From assembly GCA_963422365.1 (NCBI GenBank), contig OY729426.1:1856001-1920000 (forward strand): a stretch of 64,000 nt of DNA, in the 5' to 3' direction. Of this stretch, positions 18,064-28,830 are shown piece by piece. The position numbers and the translations under genes were made by a program. The notes below the pieces were generated by a model, which saw only the letters and a list, made by a program, of their open reading frames with translations, did not search any database and was not told the DNA's origin. The first letter of the stretch is position 1; the number at the start of each line of letters is the position of its first letter. This DNA is from Nitrospirales bacterium. GTDB lineage: Bacteria > Nitrospirota > Nitrospiria > Nitrospirales > UBA8639.

Positions 18064-19469
18064 TGTCTCCTCTGCAACATATTGCCATTCTCGGTGCAGG
18101 CCCGGGTGGATACGTGGCGGCTATTCGTGCGGCCCAACTCGGTGCCAAAGTCACGCTGATTGAAAGCCAGGCGCTGGGTGGGGTATGTCTCAATTGGGGC
18201 TGCATTCCCAGCAAGGCGTTGTTGTCGGTCATTGAATTGGGAGAAAAACTGAAGAAGGCTCACGATCTGGGTCTGGAACTCTCTCATCCTCCTACGTACG
18301 CCCCAGTGCAGATGGTTGCGAGAAAGAATCGAATCGTCAAGGGGCTGGTCAATGGGATTGCTACGCTGTTGAAACATTGGAGCGTGTCGCACATCCAAGG
18401 AACGGGACGACTGGTGAATGACCAAACGGTGCAGGTGTCCCTTGCCGATGGCGATGAAACGTCGATCCAAGCCGATGGCGTTATCATTGCTACGGGTTCA
18501 TCGTCGCCGGCGCTTCCGATGTTTCCTGTGGATGGCTATGACATTATGACGAGTAAGGAAGCCTTGGAGATCCCCCGAATACCCGAGCGATTGCTCATCA
18601 TCGGTGGGGGAGTCGAAGGCTGTGAATGTGCTTCCCTGTACGCCGGCTTGGGGGCGCAAGTGACTATTGTGGAAATGCTGCCTCACTTGTTGCCGTTAGA
18701 AGATGAAGAGATCTCGGCTTTGATTGAACGTGAACTGAAAAAACGCAAAGTGCGAATGATTGTTGGAAACTCAGTGGAGCGCGTTGAAAAAACGGATTTG
18801 GGAATGACAGCGAATTTGGCCAATGGGCAGCAACTGGGTTGTGATGCGATTTTGGTCTCGGTGGGACGACGCGTTAATACAAAAGGAATTGGGTTGGAAG
18901 CCGTTGGCGTGAAACTTGGAAGCAAAGGTGAAATTGAAGTCAACGATCATCTGGAAACGAATGTGCCGGGCGTCTATGCCATTGGTGACGTGGTGGGAAA
19001 GGCGATGTTGGCACACGTGGCGTCGGCACAAGGCAAAGTCGCTGTGGACAATATTGTTGGAAATTCCAAAGCCATGAATTATGCTGTGGTGCCGGCAGGT
19101 ATCTTTACGTTGCCGGAGATCGGGCGGGTCGGATTGACCGAACAGCAAATTCGTGAACAAGGAGTTTCCCCTAAGATCGGACGCTATCGGTATAGTACCT
19201 TAGGCAAGGCCCATGCAGTCGGGGACACAGTCGGGCTGGTGAAGATTTTGGCTGACCCTCAAACGGATCGTGTGCTGGGAGCTCATCTGGTCGGGACTCA
19301 TGCAGCGGATTTGGTTCATGAGGCGGCACTGGCCATGCATCTGAATGCCACGGCCACATGTGTCGCGGACATGATTCATGCGCATCCCACTCATGCTGAA
19401 GCCTTGATGGAAGCAACAGAGGACGTCGAAGGCATGGCAATTCATTTGGCCAGGAAACGATCACGATGA
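18063..19469 (+). CDS. lpdA: Dihydrolipoyl dehydrogenase
   Basis: GAGPGGY, GGVCLNWGCIPSK, HAHPTHAE. Confidence 0.97.
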   Translation: MSPLQHIAILGAGPGGYVAAIRAAQLGAKVTLIESQALGGVCLNWGCIPSKALLSVIELGEKLKKAHDLGLELSHPPTYAPVQMVARKNRIVKGLVNGIATLLKHWSVSHIQGTGRLVNDQTVQVSLADGDETSIQADGVIIATGSSSPALPMFPVDGYDIMTSKEALEIPRIPERLLIIGGGVEGCECASLYAGLGAQVTIVEMLPHLLPLEDEEISALIERELKKRKVRMIVGNSVERVEKTDLGMTANLANGQQLGCDAILVSVGRRVNTKGIGLEAVGVKLGSKGEIEVNDHLETNVPGVYAIGDVVGKAMLAHVASAQGKVAVDNIVGNSKAMNYAVVPAGIFTLPEIGRVGLTEQQIREQGVSPKIGRYRYSTLGKAHAVGDTVGLVKILADPQTDRVLGAHLVGTHAADLVHEAALAMHLNATATCVADMIHAHPTHAEALMEATEDVEGMAIHLARKRSR

Positions 19470-19906
19470 TGAGGTGGTCGGTAAAAAAATGGTCGGCGGC
19501 ATGCTCATTTGGAGTCAAACTCTTGCTTCTTGGCGGGACCCTGGTTTTTCTGTCTCTTGCAGGTTTCTTGCAAAGTCCGTCTGAGTCTACGCAATCTGAA
19601 GCATTGCCCGTGCCGCAAGCCGGTAGTGAACCGTCGTTGGGACGGCTTTTAGAGGAGAGTCCCGTGACGGTCGATGCGGTTGGTCGTGTCGATATTAATC
19701 GTAGTTCGGTAGAGGAACTACAGAGTTTACCGGGAATTGGGCCGGTCCTCGCTAATCGTATTCTTCGATATCGAAATGAAAATCAGAATTTTATGTCAAT
19801 TCAGGATATTCGAAACGTGAAGGGTATTGGTGTGAAACGGTTTGCACGACTTCGGCCTTACATTCGCGTTGCTCAGGAAGAAACATCATCTAACGAATAC
19901 TTTTGA
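19466..19906 (+). CDS. comEA: ComEA-family helix-hairpin-helix DNA-binding protein
   Basis: DINRSSVEELQSLPGIGPVLA..VKGIG with N-terminal TM segment. Confidence 0.88.
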   Translation: MMRWSVKKWSAACSFGVKLLLLGGTLVFLSLAGFLQSPSESTQSEALPVPQAGSEPSLGRLLEESPVTVDAVGRVDINRSSVEELQSLPGIGPVLANRILRYRNENQNFMSIQDIRNVKGIGVKRFARLRPYIRVAQEETSSNEYF

Positions 19907-19933
19907 TATGTGTTTCAGAATGTTGGGAATTTG

Positions 19934-21157
19934 ATGGCAGATCAAGAATTGAGACGGCAGCTTCATCTTATCACGCGCGGGGCTGTTGAGATTATACAGC
20001 AGCGTGAACTCGAAGATCGGGTGAAGGCTTCGCTCAAGGAGGGGAGACCGTTGCGGGTGAAGGCTGGATTTGATCCCACCGCGCCAGACCTTCATCTTGG
20101 CCATATCGTTCTGATCCAGAAGCTTCGTCATTTTCAGGAACTTGGGCATGAAGTCATTTTTTTGATCGGGGATTTTACCGGCATGATCGGTGACCCGACC
20201 GGCGTCTCTGAAACAAGGAAGGTTTTGACCAAGGGTCAAGTATCGGCCAACGCGAAGACGTACGAGCGACAAATTTTTAAAACATTAGACCCTCAGAAAA
20301 CGCGTATTGAGTTTAATAGCCGCTGGATGCAAGACATGCGTGCCCAAGAAGTGATTGAATTGTGTTCGCACTCTAGCTTGGCGCGCATGTTGGAACGGGA
20401 CGATTTTTCCAAGCGCTATCGAGATCAAAAACCCATCAGCGTCCATGAATTTTTATATCCGTTGGTACAGGGCTATGATTCCGTGGCGCTCAAGGCGGAC
20501 ATTGAACTGGGTGGGACTGATCAAACGTTTAATTTGCTCGTGGGGCGAGATCTTCAGCGCGATTGGGGACAAGTCCCCCAAGTGGTCATGACGATGCCGT
20601 TACTGGAAGGTACGGATGGTGTGCGAAAGATGAGTAAAAGTTTTGGAAACTCTATTGCCTTGGAAGATGCTCCCTCGGATATGTTCGGCAAAATCATGTC
20701 GATTAGCGATGATCTGATGTTTCGGTACTATGAGTTGCTGACCTCCGATGACCTCGATGTGGTCAAGCAACGCCATCCCAAGGAAGCGAAACTTGCTTTA
20801 GCAGAAGCTCTCGTGGTGCGGTATCATGGGGCAGATGCCGGGCAACAAGCCAAGGATGACTTTGAGCAGAAATTTCACAGGCGAGAGTTTCCTGAACAGC
20901 CTGATGTCACGGTTGTGTTAACGGCAGCGGATTTTTCAGATCAGGGAAATTCCTCGATCGGGTTGTTGGATCTCCTCATGCGAACGGGGTTGTTGCCAAG
21001 CAAGGGGGAAGCGCGTCGCTTGATTACTCAAGGTGCCGTGGTCATTAATCAAGAACGCTGTCAAGATAGTCATGCGGTTCTGCCGTTACAGTCGAACGAG
21101 TCGTACCAAATGAAAATTGGTAAACGGAAATATGTGTTGGTGCAGGTGAAGATTTAG
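19934..21157 (+). CDS. tyrS: Tyrosine--tRNA ligase
   Basis: [19 protein letters not shown]-terminal S4 domain. Confidence 0.98.
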   Translation: MADQELRRQLHLITRGAVEIIQQRELEDRVKASLKEGRPLRVKAGFDPTAPDLHLGHIVLIQKLRHFQELGHEVIFLIGDFTGMIGDPTGVSETRKVLTKGQVSANAKTYERQIFKTLDPQKTRIEFNSRWMQDMRAQEVIELCSHSSLARMLERDDFSKRYRDQKPISVHEFLYPLVQGYDSVALKADIELGGTDQTFNLLVGRDLQRDWGQVPQVVMTMPLLEGTDGVRKMSKSFGNSIALEDAPSDMFGKIMSISDDLMFRYYELLTSDDLDVVKQRHPKEAKLALAEALVVRYHGADAGQQAKDDFEQKFHRREFPEQPDVTVVLTAADFSDQGNSSIGLLDLLMRTGLLPSKGEARRLITQGAVVINQERCQDSHAVLPLQSNESYQMKIGKRKYVLVQVKI

Positions 21158-21257
21158 AGTACGGCAAACGCAAATACGCCTTGACTCATTGAAGCAGGGG
21201 AGGGCCTAGTATCAACTTTGAACCGCGACAATAGTCAATATCGCGCCAAAAGCGCCT

Positions 21258-21303
21258 TAATAACTGATATGAGGCAAACTGTCTCATAATCGGTTTGTTA
21301 CGC
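21258..21303 (+). other. Degenerate integron attC-like site
   Basis: TAAC...GTTACGC core ends enclosing imperfect palindrome TGATATGAGGCA-AAC-TGTCTCATAATCG, 29 nt before an AT-rich ORF; shorter than typical attC. Confidence 0.4.
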
Positions 21304-21332
21304 CCTCAAATACCCACAACAAAGGATTCCAT

Positions 21333-21847
21333 ATGGAAGTATTAACTCTGATAGCAATTTTCTTTGCCCCCATTGTTGCGGTACAAGTTAGTCAGTTCCT
21401 AGATAGAAAACGCCAGAAAAAGTCAGGAAAGGAATGGGTTTTCAAAACACTAATGAGAACAAGAGCCACTACGCTCAACCCGACCCATATTGAAGCACTA
21501 AACATGATTGATGTGGAGTTCTACGGAAATAACAAGAACGATAAGGCGGTTGTCGCAGCATGGAAGCCGTATCTGGACAACCTTGGTGACATAACGACGC
21601 AAAAGGATGTCAGATACGCAAAAAGAAAAGATTTGTTCCTTGATCTTCTCTACTCAATGGCAAAAACCTTGTCATATGATTTCGACAAAGAACATATTAA
21701 AAATGCCAGCTACATTCCTCAGGGGCATATGTCTATAGAGAAAACAAGCAAATGTTAATTCGTAAGGGGCTATTAGGCGTTTTTAGCGGTGATTTGGCCG
21801 TTCCAATTTGCGTCACTAAAGCAATGAGTCAGCCTAGCAAGATCTAG
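21333..21847 (+). pseudogene. DUF6680-like protein, frameshifted near the C-terminus
   Basis: IAIFFAPIVAVQV..VFKTLMRTRA..HIEALNMIDVEF; the frame stops at 21758 but continues in another frame as KQMLIRKGLLGVFSGDLAVPI to TAG 21847; AT-rich. Confidence 0.65.
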
Positions 21848-22905
21848 CTTGGTAGCAACGTTGAACCGCGGCCATAGTGTTTATCAACCATCGTACATTG
21901 CCCCGGGAGTTTTATAGTTGAATTGTTTGCGGGTTCTGGAATGAATTTTGGCCGTAATTGCGCCGCATGGTTGTTGAGTGAGCCATCGATTGGAGACCCC
22001 TTGGGCACAGGTAGGTACTGACGGATCAGTCCGTTACCCTTTTCGTGACTGCCCCTCTCCCATGAGTAGTGAGGAGTGGCAAAGTAAAAAATGCACATCA
22101 CAAGCTTTCTCCATGTTTCGCGGTACGGATGACAGTCTGTCCCATGATGGCTGTGATGGGTTTTGTAAGCTGAAGCGTTGCGCCTGATAAGCGCGAGGGT
22201 CTTTTTATTGAATGCGGCTGTTGATTGGTCGGGCAGCCTGCCAATTTGAACAAAGCCTGTTTTTCGTTCCAGCACTGTAACGATGCAATCCGAAGAGGTG
22301 TTACCCATGACAGTATCAATCTCCCCGTGGCCTTTCTATCTGCGGGTTGCGACCCTTGCAGGTCGCTCGGAGATATGCCGCTTATCAGCCAAGTCGGCGG
22401 CAGCTGCTGTCGTAGGCCAGGGAGCGCTTACGGCGCTGCGCAGCGCCGGTTGGTCCACAAGTTCCTGCCAGATGTCTTGATCAATGGTTTCGTGAGAGCA
22501 TACCCATCCCTCGGGTCACCCTGGCTGGCCGACAATTTGCTCAGGGCTCCACGGCTTACGTAATAACTTTCGGATCATGACAAAGCCTTCATGTGTGTCG
22601 TGCTTGTTTCTTCGTGATCGTCACCTCCTGGCAAACGGTTACCGGTCCGCTTAAGCGCCATTGATGTGATGCAGCTATTCTTGTCAAATTTGTGGTCTAT
22701 CCTGCTCCGGTTGCGCCCTGTGTGATTGACTATTGTGTGACAGACTCTCTTTGTTTCCTAAGCGCAGCTATTAGATACCTCTCTTGTGAGGTGATCTGCT
22801 ACTACTTTATCGGTCTGATTCACTTCTTGGCGGGAGCGAAAAAGATCTGATATTGCCGATCACCTCCTTTAACAAGAAATTTGTCGCGTTTGGTATATGA
22901 ATTCG
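21841..22905 (-). mobile_element. Decayed IS30-family insertion sequence (transposase pseudogene)
   Basis: Minus-strand fragments QITSQERYLIAALRKQ, WSPEQIVG, SHETI, KRHISERP, GHGEIDTVMG, VLERKTGF, YFATPHYSWERGSHEKGNGLIRQYLP with stops and frameshifts; ends approximate. Confidence 0.85.
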
Positions 22906-22977
22906 GCAGGTGAAAGAGTTGCCTCTTCCTGACATCATGAGCCTCAAGCAAGGCCGCGTGTTCGAGATGTTCCATCC

Positions 22978-23006
22978 TTGACTTGCTTCTACGCCCTGCC
23001 TAGAAT
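22978..23006 (+). promoter_or_regulatory. Sigma70-type promoter of tRNA-Gly
   Basis: TTGACT N17 TAGAAT, 22 nt before the tRNA. Confidence 0.6.
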
Positions 23007-23028
23007 GAATTCCCTTTTATGATTGTGA

Positions 23029-23103
23029 GCGGGTGTAGCGCAGTGGTAGCGCATCGGCTTCCCAAGCCGTTGGTCGGGAGTTCGAATCTCCTCACCCGCT
23101 CCA
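23029..23103 (+). tRNA. tRNA-Gly(CCC)
   Basis: Acceptor GCGGGTG/CACCCGC, U73, encoded CCA; anticodon loop TTCCCAA; T-loop TTCGAAT. Confidence 0.96.
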
Positions 23104-23439
23104 CTCTCACCGTTTTGAATGGTTCAGCAGGAGGAAAGTTTCCTCTACCTTGTAGAGGCGCCCGCTTTATTTCGCTGTCTACGAGCTTGCCTTTCCTCAG
23201 AAATTTGCTGCAGAAATTTCCCGGATCTAGAGGAGTTCCTTGAAACGCCTGTCCGCGTTTGGTTCAGTTTGTTAACTCCAGTTTTTTCAACGCCTCTCTC
23301 AGGATGCGTGCGGCGACGTCGGTTTCGCTATTTAGCGGCGAGGCGGCAGAGTCGACGTTCAGGGCTTTTCTGAGCACAGTGCCATTGATGCTAAAGGACG
23401 CGAAGACGCAACTTCCGGCGAGGCGGCGGAAAAAACTAT

Positions 23440-24170
23440 TGGGGACTACGCTGCAGACACCATCATAGTCTTGGATCTGCAAAGGCTTAATCCTGACACT
23501 CACGACGGCTACACCCTGTACGCCAGCGACCGCAAGCGGATGGCACTGGGCGACAACCGGCTGTACTGGTTCCAGACGCCGCCGCCAGAGGATAAACCGC
23601 GACCCTTCCGATTCTCGCTGTTTTCCTGCCATAGGCCTTACGCGGTGAGCAACCTGTTCGAGAAACGCACTGACGTGATGAATCTCGACATATGGAATTT
23701 CCTTGATGCCACCCTGCTGCGCCACACGGACGAGGTGGATCGGGTAATCGCCGGTGTCGATCAGTGCTACAGCGATGGAGTACCAACCTTGGACATCCGG
23801 TAACGTCTGAACCGGACGATGCGGAAGGAAAATGAGCGGGGTCTGTGCCGGACAAAGAGGTGATGCTCAGTTGGTAAAGGAATATCGACTGTGGCTACTG
23901 GGGCTTTGAGAGTGTCCAGCGGGTCTTTGCGGCTTTTCCACCTACATGATCTGGGACGACCAGGAGATCGGCGATAGCTGGGGCTCCTCCTGCTTCCGCT
24001 CAAAGAAAAAACCCAACAGCCTGCACGCGACCGAGCGTGCGACCTTAAGGGAAGAGCTGTTTACAGCAGCCGCAAAAGGCATCAGGGTCGCCATCCTGAG
24101 CGGTGCCGTCCATGTCTCTGCGGTTTTTGTCCTAAGTGCCGTCATGTTGGCGAAGAGCCACCTGTTCTAA
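23440..24170 (+). pseudogene. PhoD-like (alkaline phosphatase D family) remnant
   Basis: Fragments FRFSLFSCHRPY, AGVDQCYSD, GYWGFESVQRVFAAF/PTYMIWDDQEIGDSWGS, VAILSGAVH, with stops, frameshifts and a deletion. Confidence 0.75.
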
Positions 24171-24174
24171 CGGC

Positions 24175-24586
24175 CGCGTTGGCATAATCGTCGGCTCCAT
24201 CGTGGTCTTCGGATTCGGTGCTACGATAGTCATCACGCTCCTTGTGTTGTTTGGGGTACTTGCCGGAAGTCAAAAAGAAAGATCTCGGCCGGCTGTTTAC
24301 GCTCATCGTCGTGGAACTGTTCTATGTGGCGATCTGGCTGTTATTCCAGTCTCCGAAGTTGGCTTTTGAGCCTGAGTTGCCCGCCGAAGTCTACATGTTC
24401 AACCGTGACGGGGAATCTGTTCCGCGCATGGATTTGAAACTTGGTGGAAACACGAAACGTACCTTCAATGCCTATGTCGGAGGTAACGTTCGATGTCCCT
24501 CGAGACCTAGAGATCGCCTCGAACAGCGATCATCTCTTGGTGAAGAGCCAGCGTGCCGATCACCAACTCGCTACAATCAGGGTTGA
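24175..24586 (+). pseudogene. Decayed membrane-protein gene of unknown family
   Basis: Hydrophobic segments IIVGSIVVFGFGATIVITLLVLFG and LFTLIVVELFYVAIWLLF lie in different frames; no clean start. Confidence 0.35.
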
Positions 24587-25346
24587 CAATCTGTCTCAGA
24601 AGATTCTCGACAGGTGACTTCGATCGACCGTCACTTGGTAACGGTCAAGTATGCCGACGATTGTTTGGACTTTGCAACATGCAAGAAACGCAGGGATTTA
24701 TCCCAATCGATCTTCCGCCTTACATGGGTGCTTCGATCGGGGCAGTCAAACTTCGCACAGCAACAGTCGGCAACAGTCAAGCTCTTCCACTTGCAACAGG
24801 ACCTGCAGATTTGTGAGATGTTTCTGCTGCGGGTGGACACGATAAAAAAGCATCACCCGAAAGAAAATCGGTACCCGAAATCGGAGACATCTACCAATCC
24901 ATGCGTGGGCCTGTTGAACTTAGATGTGAGCAATGCAAGGCCGTCTATGGGCAGTCGTTGATGTTACCTGCTGCGATCTCTGAGCCTAAGCGACGTGAAT
25001 CCCGGAACAAATTTCTTTAAGCGAGGTGTCAAGCAAGCTGCAGACCTTGCCCAACATCTCGCTTGGACCGATCTCACGTCACTGCCAGGCAAGGTGAAGA
25101 TGAGCTTTTATCCATGTCGAAAGCTGGAAAATTCGAACTCCTTCCCGTTGGGCTCGAGCATAGGCTCTTATCGGGCAGCGACGCCATTCAGGAGACGTTT
25201 CAGTGTCCGGCCTAGACTATCAAGAATCCGTAGAGGAGACACAGGAACTGCTGTATGCAGCGTGAAGCCAGAAAGTATCTATCTGAGCCATTGCCTTAAA
25301 AGTATCTTCCCAGGAAAATTGAAACCGGTACAACGGGGTCCGACAG

Positions 25347-25532
25347 TCAGGCATGACCGAATTGTCCGTCATGACCGTCAGGGGAGAGTCCTACTGACTG
25401 GTCGTTCAATGAATTACCGCCAAATTCTTGCGCCATGAGGGTGCTGATCACTTGATTGAGTCGGTTATTGACCTCTTCCTCAGAGACGTGATCGGGAACT
25501 TGGATATTGAAAACAATTTGGACATTTTTCAT
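25347..25532 (-). CDS. Small hypothetical protein (61 aa)
   Basis: GAGGGAG RBS-like site upstream; protein-like composition (VQIVFNIQVPDHVSEEEV). Confidence 0.5.
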   Translation of the reverse strand: MKNVQIVFNIQVPDHVSEEEVNNRLNQVISTLMAQEFGGNSLNDQSVGLSPDGHDGQFGHA

Positions 25533-25967
25533 AAATGTACAGACTCCCTCTTCAGTGCGTGCCGTGACGATTCTCTTTGTATCGCAGTTTCCTTCTTGGC
25601 TTTGTACACTTCTTCATCATTAGTTTGCAATGGTCATAGGGATAGGAACCATGGTTTTTGTGATAGAACGGATGTTGCGCCGTCCTCCTTTTGTGGATAA
25701 ATGCGTTGATCTTCTGTTCCCTTGGCCTGTGTCGTCTTGGTATACTTTTTTCATGATGGCGCTCTACCCTAGCTGCCGACATCCTATGTCTTGGAATCGC
25801 AATCACTTTCATCCGTTCTACTCAGAACGATATCGAGTCGTTGATCTTGGGGCTTGGCCCAATGCCGAATATCAGGTTCCTGAAAATTTTCAACGGTCTA
25901 TGTCCATTCCAGTAGAGGAGTCTTTCTCAAAAGATTCGTAACCCGGTTTTTCGAATCGAGGTGTCTC

Positions 25968-26510
25968 ATGGGAAAAATTATCACGGCTCAACGAAAAGAG
26001 AATGTAGCGCAACTCGCCGAAAACTATATCCGCACCTATATTTTATTTCCATCGGGACTGCTGGGCCTGTTGGCCATGATCATCGGAATCCTCGCGTTGG
26101 TGTATCAATTATTTCTTGAAACCTATGATGAGTGGACGTTTCTCACAAGTTCTGGGCTGATGGTGGCCGGCATTCTGCTCGGGTGGGGACAAACACGCTA
26201 TCACCGTTATCTGTTTCGAGAATTCCCTGAATTTTGGGCAAGCCGAATGAGATCTTCCCATACTCGTGGAGTGCAACGACTCAAAAAAGCTAAAGCTTCG
26301 GTAGAAGTGGAGTTACAGCACGCCGGTCGGAGTTTGGTGCCGTTCGCCTATGTGTTGGGGATTGGGTGTTTAATCGGGCTTTCAGCCTGGAGTCTTCACT
26401 CCGGGTCATTGGACTACATGGCAGCGTTTGCATTGCCGTGGGCAGGGTTCTTTTGGGGCAAGTTGTTTACCTGGCGGTCGGTCATTCCTCCTTTGACGAG
26501 CAAAAAGTAA
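25968..26510 (+). CDS. Hypothetical membrane protein (about 4 TM)
   Basis: GAGGT RBS; four hydrophobic segments. Confidence 0.75.
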   Translation: MGKIITAQRKENVAQLAENYIRTYILFPSGLLGLLAMIIGILALVYQLFLETYDEWTFLTSSGLMVAGILLGWGQTRYHRYLFREFPEFWASRMRSSHTRGVQRLKKAKASVEVELQHAGRSLVPFAYVLGIGCLIGLSAWSLHSGSLDYMAAFALPWAGFFWGKLFTWRSVIPPLTSKK

Positions 26511-26532
26511 GCCGTCTTTCTTGGTCAGTTCT

Positions 26533-27615
26533 CTACGATTTTGACTTCTTGGCTTTGCGAGTCTGGGATTTCTCTGCGGTGTCTTCCATGGCGGCAAGAC
26601 GTTTTTCCAGCTTTGAGACCTGTCGATACAGTCCGGGAAGGCGGTACAGGAAAGCATGTGCACGTAAAAAAAATTCATGTGGTTTCGCAGGCCGCCCGGA
26701 CATCGTGACGCCAGGCTCCACATTTTTTTGAATGCCCGCTCCTGCCGCGATCCTCGCGTGATCTCCGATCGTGAGGTGATCGATGAGCCCGGCTTGTCCT
26801 CCGATCATGACTTGTTTCCCGATCGACGTGCTACCCGCGATACCAGCCTGTGCCACGATGATACCATGTTCTCCTATTGTCACATTGTGGGCAATTTGGA
26901 CTTGATTGTCGATTTTGGTTCCTTGCTTGATATGGGTACGTCCAAACGTAGCCCGATCAATGGTCACATTGGCCCCAATTTCGACATCATCGTCAATGAC
27001 CACGATCCCACGTTGTGGAATCTTATGATGGCGGTCTTCGTGCTGCACGTATCCAAATCCGTCACTTCCAATGACGGCTCCGGCGTGGATGGTCACCCGA
27101 GAGCCTATGTGGCATCCGTCTAAAACGCTCACATTTGGATAGAGCACGGTATCATCACCTATGGTGACGGCATCTCCTAAAAATACTCCAGGGTAGATCG
27201 TGACCCGATCCCCAATTTTCGTACGATGGCCGATCGTGACGAATGATCCGATGGAAACATCGGCTCCTAGGTGGATGTCTGTGCCCTTCACGATGTCCTG
27301 GGCTATCCCGGTAGAAGGAGATTTTTTCATAAAAAAACGAGTGCTCAACCGGACAAAATCGAAATGAGGCTGCGCCGAAACCAATTGGGTCCCGTTCAAA
27401 TCAGGATAGTATTGAGGCACGATGAAAGCCGCCGCATGTGATTGTTTTGCTCTGTCCATCAATCGATGGCTAGCCAGCAAAGCCAGATCGCCTGATGTAG
27501 CCTGTTCGAGACTATTGACCCCTGTAATGTGGAGATCTGACGGGCCATACAGTTGCACGCCAATGGCATGAGCTAATTCGGTCAAGAGATAACCTTCAGC
27601 CGTTGGAAGAGTCAT
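26533..27615 (-). CDS. lpxD: UDP-3-O-acylglucosamine N-acyltransferase
   Basis: Hexapeptide repeats, GSDGFGY, IDRATFG, KIDNQVQIAHNV; start trimmed to ATG 27615. Confidence 0.96.
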   Translation of the reverse strand: MTLPTAEGYLLTELAHAIGVQLYGPSDLHITGVNSLEQATSGDLALLASHRLMDRAKQSHAAAFIVPQYYPDLNGTQLVSAQPHFDFVRLSTRFFMKKSPSTGIAQDIVKGTDIHLGADVSIGSFVTIGHRTKIGDRVTIYPGVFLGDAVTIGDDTVLYPNVSVLDGCHIGSRVTIHAGAVIGSDGFGYVQHEDRHHKIPQRGIVVIDDDVEIGANVTIDRATFGRTHIKQGTKIDNQVQIAHNVTIGEHGIIVAQAGIAGSTSIGKQVMIGGQAGLIDHLTIGDHARIAAGAGIQKNVEPGVTMSGRPAKPHEFFLRAHAFLYRLPGLYRQVSKLEKRLAAMEDTAEKSQTRKAKKSKS

Positions 27616-27737
27616 GGCCTGTTCGCTTTGGATTTGGCAATCGTCGTACGTTTTTTCATGGTGGAACCTGCCCCATGCTTCTTGGCTTTCTTGGCGTGTT
27701 GGGTTGCCGTTTTCAGTGGTCGACTCGTTAGGGATTC

Positions 27738-28829
27738 TTAGTAGCGCACTTTTAGAAAAAGGTTGAGACTGACGATGAAAAAGATCGCACACGCGATCCA
27801 GGCCGCGACGACAGGAAGTAACACCCCACTCCTTCCCAACGCGAGCCCAACGGAATGCGTGGCCCAAAACAAAAAGCCGATGCCTAAGGCTTGTCCAATG
27901 CCTTTTCCGATACTGGTTGTTCGCGTGCCCATTCCGAGGAGGCCAACAGACACACCAAGAATGGTCATGATCAGAGGGACGAAAGCCAAAGCCACTCGTC
28001 TCCAATAGTCCGCGAGAAATTTTGTGGCATTATGTCTCTTTTGCCGTAAGCCCTCGATGTGAGTGCCGAGTTGGTTCAACGTCAGATGTTCAGGCTCGAG
28101 AACGTTCCAGATCCTCAGGTCCTCAGGAGTTAAGGACAACGCTAAGGGAATCGCTGGACGTTGGGTAATCGTGACCCGGCCATCTGATTCGACCAACCGT
28201 TGGGCAACGTCCTGTAAGGACCATTGGCCGTTGGTGAAATGCGCGCTGGCTGCCGTGAGGACTTCATCTAAAGAGAATTGGTTGTTCAGCCGGTAGAGTG
28301 TGACCTTGTGTAGTTGAGTGCCCTCGGGGTCAACTCGTTGGATGTGCATAATTGAATTGTCGTGAATGCGTAGCCACAGATTTTCAGTTGTAAAAGACAG
28401 CGGTTGTGGCTTTTTCTGGATCTCGACTGTTCGAATATATTCTGCTTTGGCATTGGCCAAAGGAATAACAACCGTTGTCAATCCCAATAGTATGACCGTG
28501 ACAAGGCCCGCGACCGCCAAAAACGGCATAATAACGTGAAGGATGCTAACCCCACAACTTCGCATCGCGTTAATTTCCTGGGCTTTGTTTAAGAGTCCGA
28601 TGGCGAGGAGGGAAGCCATTAAAACGGCAAGTGGCATGAGTTCAAAGGAAATAGAAGGTATTTTGCAGAAAAAATACATCAACATGGAGGTCAGTTCCGC
28701 ATCATGTCTGAGGAACTTTCGCAGCTTCTCAAAAAAATCGATTACCAGGTAAAGAGTGGTCAGCCCCGTGAGACACAGCGTCAGGATTTTAAGATACTGT
28801 CGAACGATGTACCAAAACAGAATGCCCAC
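27738..28829 (-). CDS. lptG: LPS export ABC permease
   Basis: YjgP/Q family; EINAMRSCGVS; downstream of lptF. Confidence 0.9.
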   Translation of the reverse strand: MGILFWYIVRQYLKILTLCLTGLTTLYLVIDFFEKLRKFLRHDAELTSMLMYFFCKIPSISFELMPLAVLMASLLAIGLLNKAQEINAMRSCGVSILHVIMPFLAVAGLVTVILLGLTTVVIPLANAKAEYIRTVEIQKKPQPLSFTTENLWLRIHDNSIMHIQRVDPEGTQLHKVTLYRLNNQFSLDEVLTAASAHFTNGQWSLQDVAQRLVESDGRVTITQRPAIPLALSLTPEDLRIWNVLEPEHLTLNQLGTHIEGLRQKRHNATKFLADYWRRVALAFVPLIMTILGVSVGLLGMGTRTTSIGKGIGQALGIGFLFWATHSVGLALGRSGVLLPVVAAWIACAIFFIVSLNLFLKVRY

Positions 28830-28830
28830 G

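Noticed and set aside
24614..25941. ORFs 24614-24961, 24995-25438, 25552-25812 and 25630-25941
   Set aside because: No recognisable domains or clear RBS; probably debris or spurious frames
27616..28005. 130-aa N-terminal extension of LpxD in the ORF track
   Set aside because: It overlaps lptG in another frame; LpxD homology starts at MTLPTAEG (27615)
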